Shown here: piece after piece, positions 34,738-38,277 of the stretch | Layout of the letters: each line of letters opens with the position of its first letter | How positions within the stretch are numbered: position 1 is the first letter of the stretch | Virus genome (UHGV): UHGV-0391791 | Direction: 5' to 3' (one strand) | DNA length: 38,277 nucleotides | Origin: a virus | Translations under genes and position numbers: made by a program | The notes under the pieces: model-generated | What the model saw: only the letters and a program-made list of their open reading frames with translations | The model's database searches: none | What the model was told of the DNA's origin: nothing

Positions 34738-35394
34738 ATGAACGCTCAACTCATCCCCGTATTCAACGGCACTATATCTAACGAAACAGCCCTACTTTGT
34801 AATGCCCGCGATCTGCACGCTTTTTTAGGTGTTAAAAAGGTGTTTGCAGCATGGATTACAAATCGCATATCAGAATACGAATTCATTGAAAATCAAGACT
34901 ATATTTTGCTTTCCAATTTGGGAAAGCAAACATCTGGTAGAGGCGGCCACAACCGCAAAGAGTACCACCTCACCCTTGATACAGCCAAAGAGCTGGCGAT
35001 GGTCGAGCGTAACGAAAAAGGTCGCCAGGTGCGACGCTACTTCATTGAATGCGAGAAACGTTTAAGACAACAAGAAACAAAAGTGGAGAAGGTCTTGTCA
35101 GGCTTCATGCCCGCCATTATGGAGGCGATCAAGCTGGAAGACAAAAAAGAATACAGTGCCCCACTGAAGCCCGGCTACCGCAGCCTGATTCACTCGCCGT
35201 CTGGTGTTCTCGGCCTGACGGAGAACTCACTGCTGATGAATCTGCTGAACCAGTTACAGGACGACGGGCACGACGTATCGGGCGCGGCGGCGGAGCTGAC
35301 CACCATGTTCTGCTACATCGTTGGTGTGAGCAAATGCCTGCGTGATATCCAGACGCACGCGGAGTACATCAACGACAAGGCAGGGTTCTTCTGA
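34738..35394 (+). CDS. Antirepressor (218 aa), AntA/AntB-type N-terminal domain plus C-terminal domain shared with 34163..34420
   Basis: Track ORF; N-terminal segment ...[30 protein letters not shown]...[42 protein letters not shown] recalled as antirepressor-type; SD GGAGA. Confidence 0.65.
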   Translation: MNAQLIPVFNGTISNETALLCNARDLHAFLGVKKVFAAWITNRISEYEFIENQDYILLSNLGKQTSGRGGHNRKEYHLTLDTAKELAMVERNEKGRQVRRYFIECEKRLRQQETKVEKVLSGFMPAIMEAIKLEDKKEYSAPLKPGYRSLIHSPSGVLGLTENSLLMNLLNQLQDDGHDVSGAAAELTTMFCYIVGVSKCLRDIQTHAEYINDKAGFF

Positions 35395-35466
35395 CGGGCG
35401 GCGGCACAGGGATGTGCCTTTAAATAATTCTGTACAGATTGCAGACTGGGGGTGAATAGCGTACTA

Positions 35467-35481
35467 TTACCTCAAGGGTAA
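35467..35481. promoter_or_regulatory. Operator site TTACCTCAAGGGTAA upstream of the 35541 gene
   Basis: Perfect dyad about 60 bp upstream of the start codon. Confidence 0.55.
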
Positions 35482-35540
35482 GAAAGCATTTTTAATCTTC
35501 CCTTCAAAACGCGTCCTGTAGCCAAACATGGGAGGACGAA

Positions 35541-36173
35541 ATGAGAACAAATACAACAAGAAAAGCGATGCCATACATTATCCCAGAAGCAGATTTCGAT
35601 AGAAAACTGAACATGTCTGAGAAGAACACTAGTCACACCGAAAGCTACTTAGCGAAAGGTGTGGTTGATTTCGTTCTTCCGGGATTCACAACACCTTATG
35701 GTTATCGCCTTGTAAAATCTTGTAATGGCGATCATTACAGAATGATTACTACCAGCGATACTCCAGAAACGGTGTATGCGGTTAAGTTAATCTTTCGGGA
35801 AGATATCGTCGAAGCCAAAAGAACATGTACGCAGATCATGGTATGGCGTACGCCTAATGTTATTCATGACCGTGCTGTTCATGGTTTGCCTCAGATTTTT
35901 TTTCAGTTCTTCCTAGAGCAATATGCGATCGTTGTATCTGATGAGCAACAAACAATCGATGGGAGAAGATTCTGGGAAAGAATGATTTCTTGGGCTATAA
36001 ACACCCCAGGATATAATGTATACGTTTCAGATGGCTCTGAAGAAGATAGACCTCTTAGCTTCATGACATCATGGGATGATTTCTATAGCCAGTGGGCTGA
36101 TTTCTGTTGGGGCAGTGATAAAGATGTGCATACCCACAGACTACTGGTTATAAGCAAAGATAAACTGCATTAA
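35541..36173 (+). CDS. Orphan hypothetical protein (210 aa), moron with its own operator and terminator
   Basis: Track ORF; strong SD GGAGGA 5 nt upstream; no motif recognised; surrounding DNA is AT-rich by eye. Confidence 0.5.
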   Translation: MRTNTTRKAMPYIIPEADFDRKLNMSEKNTSHTESYLAKGVVDFVLPGFTTPYGYRLVKSCNGDHYRMITTSDTPETVYAVKLIFREDIVEAKRTCTQIMVWRTPNVIHDRAVHGLPQIFFQFFLEQYAIVVSDEQQTIDGRRFWERMISWAINTPGYNVYVSDGSEEDRPLSFMTSWDDFYSQWADFCWGSDKDVHTHRLLVISKDKLH

Positions 36174-36176
36174 TAG

Positions 36177-36199
36177 AAGCCCGCAGCGCGGGCTTTTTT
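36177..36199 (+). terminator. Rho-independent terminator after the 210-aa gene
   Basis: AAGCCCGC-agc-GCGGGCTT followed by TTTTTTG. Confidence 0.7.
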
Positions 36200-36271
36200 G
36201 TGGACGAAACAAAAGTCAGTGCTACACTCATTGACGCCACATTGAGGTGGCTTATAGATGGAAATTTCACA

Positions 36272-36433
36272 ATGAAAAAAGCATTTGCTGCACTGTTCGT
36301 TTTGTTGTCTCTGGTAGCTTCAACTCAGGCCTTTGCCGGTCGTTGTCAGCACGACAGCGACACTGCTGCTGACGGCTCCCGCTGCGGTGGGCGTTCTGCG
36401 GATTCCCGCCCGGGTGGCGGTGGCATTCGTTAA
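36272..36433 (+). CDS. Small ORF for a putative secreted peptide (53 aa, signal peptide MKKAFAALFVLLSLVASTQAFA)
   Basis: In-frame part of track ORF 36200..36433; typical Sec signal with AFA-G cleavage motif; weak SD, so uncertain. Confidence 0.3.
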   Translation: MKKAFAALFVLLSLVASTQAFAGRCQHDSDTAADGSRCGGRSADSRPGGGGIR

Positions 36434-36464
36434 AAACAAGGCCGCGAAAGCGGCCTGTGACATG

Positions 36465-36845
36465 TCACGCAACGCAATTATTACCGCGCCATGTAACATT
36501 TTTAATAATCTTATCAGCACCAAACTCAACGTAAACAGAGCAACTGAAATGGAGTGTATAACCGCCATCAGTTGTTGCGTATGTGTTTGAATATATAGTA
36601 TTACCAATTAGATTAGACGTAGTATTATACGTTGTGGTTTGTGGTACGTTATAACTACCAGAGCTTGAGTAAACATACACTCTGTTTCCATCTGGAGATG
36701 TAATCTCTCCCTGAGGATACCCCCACTGCTGAACCATTGCGTCTATACTCTGCCCGCGCCACGTAAGCATATTTCTTTCAAACTGTGCAGCTGACTGGCA
36801 TCCAACGAGAAGCATAAATCCAAAAATCAAAAATACTTTTCTCAT
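36465..36845 (-). CDS. Lipoprotein (about 126 aa; signal peptide MRKVFLIFGFMLLVGC)
   Basis: Track ORF 36465..36881; internal ATG at 36845 preceded by SD AGGGG; lipobox LVGC; Tyr/Thr/Asn/Ser-rich mature part. Confidence 0.5.
   Translation of the reverse strand: MRKVFLIFGFMLLVGCQSAAQFERNMLTWRGQSIDAMVQQWGYPQGEITSPDGNRVYVYSSSGSYNVPQTTTYNTTSNLIGNTIYSNTYATTDGGYTLHFSCSVYVEFGADKIIKNVTWRGNNCVA
36466..36479. repeat. 14-bp palindrome, inverted copy TGTGACATGTCACG (copy 3 of 3), overlapping the lipoprotein stop codon and next to hairpin GGCCGC-gaaa-GCGGCC
   Basis: Reverse complement is CGTGACATGTCACA, identical to copies 1 and 2. Confidence 0.8.
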
Positions 36846-36892
36846 AATTACCCCTATCATGGAAAAACAGCACCAATCCACAAATTAACTAG

Positions 36893-37081
36893 TTATTTTA
36901 TTATTCTTCCGAACAATACAATTCCGAATACTACAAAGCCGAACCATGCCGCTGCACGCAACAGAGATTCCAATTGAAACCCATTTTTATCAAAATGTAT
37001 GAATAGCATAAAAACGCTGCACATATTAGTACAATAAAAGTTATTTGAACCATCATATCTCCTTTTATTGCGGAGTGACAT
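36893..37081 (-). CDS. Small ORF (62 aa) with hydrophobic C-terminus; uncertain
   Basis: Track ORF; start overlaps the stop of the upstream large gene; AT-rich. Confidence 0.25.
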   Translation of the reverse strand: MSLRNKRRYDGSNNFYCTNMCSVFMLFIHFDKNGFQLESLLRAAAWFGFVVFGIVLFGRIIK

Positions 37082-38277
37082 CCTGTGGTCGCCACCAGTA
37101 TGTCTGGTTAAACTCTTTCTTCGAACGTTGCTCCATTTTACGCAAATAGCCTGGTGAAAAATACTCCTGCATCTGGTTAAAGATCATGTGATCGAGAGCC
37201 GCCTTCAAGTACCAGAGATTCGCACCAGGCATCAAACCTTTCCCCAGCTTCACCAGATCACCACCAGTCTGCTCACTCTTCCCTTCCACAGCATTTAACG
37301 GTATGCCCTGAGCAATCTTCACTACGTCATCAACCAGACCAGCTACCGGGCCAAGCATCGACGCCAGCGCGCCGCTTCCGTACCTAGTGTGATCTGACAA
37401 TAAAAAGTCACCGTAAAGGCCAAGACCACCACCTTTCAGTAGAGCACCAAGCCAAAATTTAGCAGCATCTTCTCCTGTCATCTCGCGAGGATTACGACCA
37501 GACGCAAGGTCGTTAAGTTGCTGCGACAAAGCGCCAAGAATGGTCGTACTGGCAATAAACGTCGCAATATATGCCGCACGCCCACCAGCAGACGGCATAC
37601 CCATAGCGCGTGACCAGTGACGCATAACCACCGAGATAGGGAACGATTTAAACAGGAAAACACTTCTCGTTAATTCACCTTTCCATGTTCCACGCTGAAT
37701 ACCAGAACCGGTTATCAGTTGCTCACGTGCTCCCGGTGTAATAACAGCCATATCAACTTCTTCAGTTACGGCACCGAGCAGTTTACGCATTGCCTCAAAT
37801 TTCACGCGTTCAGGCTCACCAAGATGTTTAACTGCTGAATCAGGGATACGCATAATGCTTTCCGGTGTCAGCATCGTATTATTGCCGTTCCCCCAGTCCT
37901 CCTGTTGCGCCAGCTTCCATACGCTCCAGTCTGTGTCAGTAATCCCTTTGCTTTTCAGGATACGAAAATCAGAATCATCGAGGCTACGAAGGTCTGGTGT
38001 CCGTGACACTACTTCTCCCAAGCTTCCCATCATGGTTACGCCATAGGCGCGCTTGTGCGCATCTGACCATGCTGTAAGCCCACTGGCACGCATTACCGCC
38101 GTTGCAGCCCAACGAGACACAGACGGCCCCATATTATCCATCGCCCAGCGGTTAACGCTGCCAAGTAGAGATTCCATCGCCAGACCAGCGCGGCGCGCCC
38201 GCGCAAGTTCTGTACGGTTCGTTGGGTCCATAGCTTCAAGCTGGTTGCGGAATAACTGGTTCATTGGAAGGTTGGTA
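37065..38277 (-). CDS. Internal virion/ejection protein, C-terminal part; ORF is open upstream to the right window edge and is in frame with the left-edge ORF 1..1262
   Basis: Track ORF 37065..38264 starts at the first Met, but the four codons upstream (T-N-L-P) are open to the window end. Confidence 0.5.
   Translation of the reverse strand, partial: TNLPMNQLFRNQLEAMDPTNRTELARARRAGLAMESLLGSVNRWAMDNMGPSVSRWAATAVMRASGLTAWSDAHKRAYGVTMMGSLGEVVSRTPDLRSLDDSDFRILKSKGITDTDWSVWKLAQQEDWGNGNNTMLTPESIMRIPDSAVKHLGEPERVKFEAMRKLLGAVTEEVDMAVITPGAREQLITGSGIQRGTWKGELTRSVFLFKSFPISVVMRHWSRAMGMPSAGGRAAYIATFIASTTILGALSQQLNDLASGRNPREMTGEDAAKFWLGALLKGGGLGLYGDFLLSDHTRYGSGALASMLGPVAGLVDDVVKIAQGIPLNAVEGKSEQTGGDLVKLGKGLMPGANLWYLKAALDHMIFNQMQEYFSPGYLRKMEQRSKKEFNQTYWWRPQDVTPQ

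Noticed and set aside
35431-35446. Second LexA-like sequence CTGTACAGATTGCAGA upstream of the 35541 gene
   Set aside because: Only the left half-site CTGT matches; the right half is CAGA rather than ACAG at the correct spacing.
1-38277. Interpretation as an integrated prophage with host flanks inside the window
   Set aside because: Both window edges fall inside what appears to be one virion-protein gene, the integrase and candidate attP are internal, and no host-like genes or direct att repeats were seen at the ends.

Overview
The window reads as an essentially complete genome of a temperate, short-tailed (podovirus-type) enterobacterial phage rather than ordinary chromosome. A leftward late operon (about 18090 down to 1, apparently continuing in frame at the right end, 38277 down to 37065) encodes small and large terminase, portal, scaffold, capsid, tail tube A/B-like proteins and a run of very large internal virion/ejection proteins. 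A lambdoid-style early region sits at 18.1-28.1 kb: nin-like small genes, P-like helicase loader, O-like initiator with iterons inside the gene, a divergent Cro-like / two-HTH repressor pair, then a rightward operon with RecE-like exonuclease, RecT-like annealase, AlpA/Xis-like protein and an MT-A70 adenine methyltransferase. A P4-type tyrosine integrase with a candidate attP lies internally at 28.1-29.6 kb, followed by a lysis cassette and a tailspike with a C-terminal self-cleaving chaperone domain. A tRNA-Arg(UCU) and a small moron are inserted between large terminase and portal. The most interesting signals are (i) a 15-17 bp palindrome ATTACC-N5-GGTAAT at nine perfect and four variant sites in intergenic promoter regions genome-wide, (ii) a LexA box in front of an antirepressor operon paired with a repressor lacking any autocleavage domain, (iii) a 14-bp palindrome CGTGACATGTCACA present three times at module boundaries, and (iv) an AT-rich accessory island at 35.4-37.1 kb carrying an orphan 210-aa protein, a small secreted peptide and a lipoprotein. 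All protein calls rest on reading the translations and recalled family features; no database search was run.
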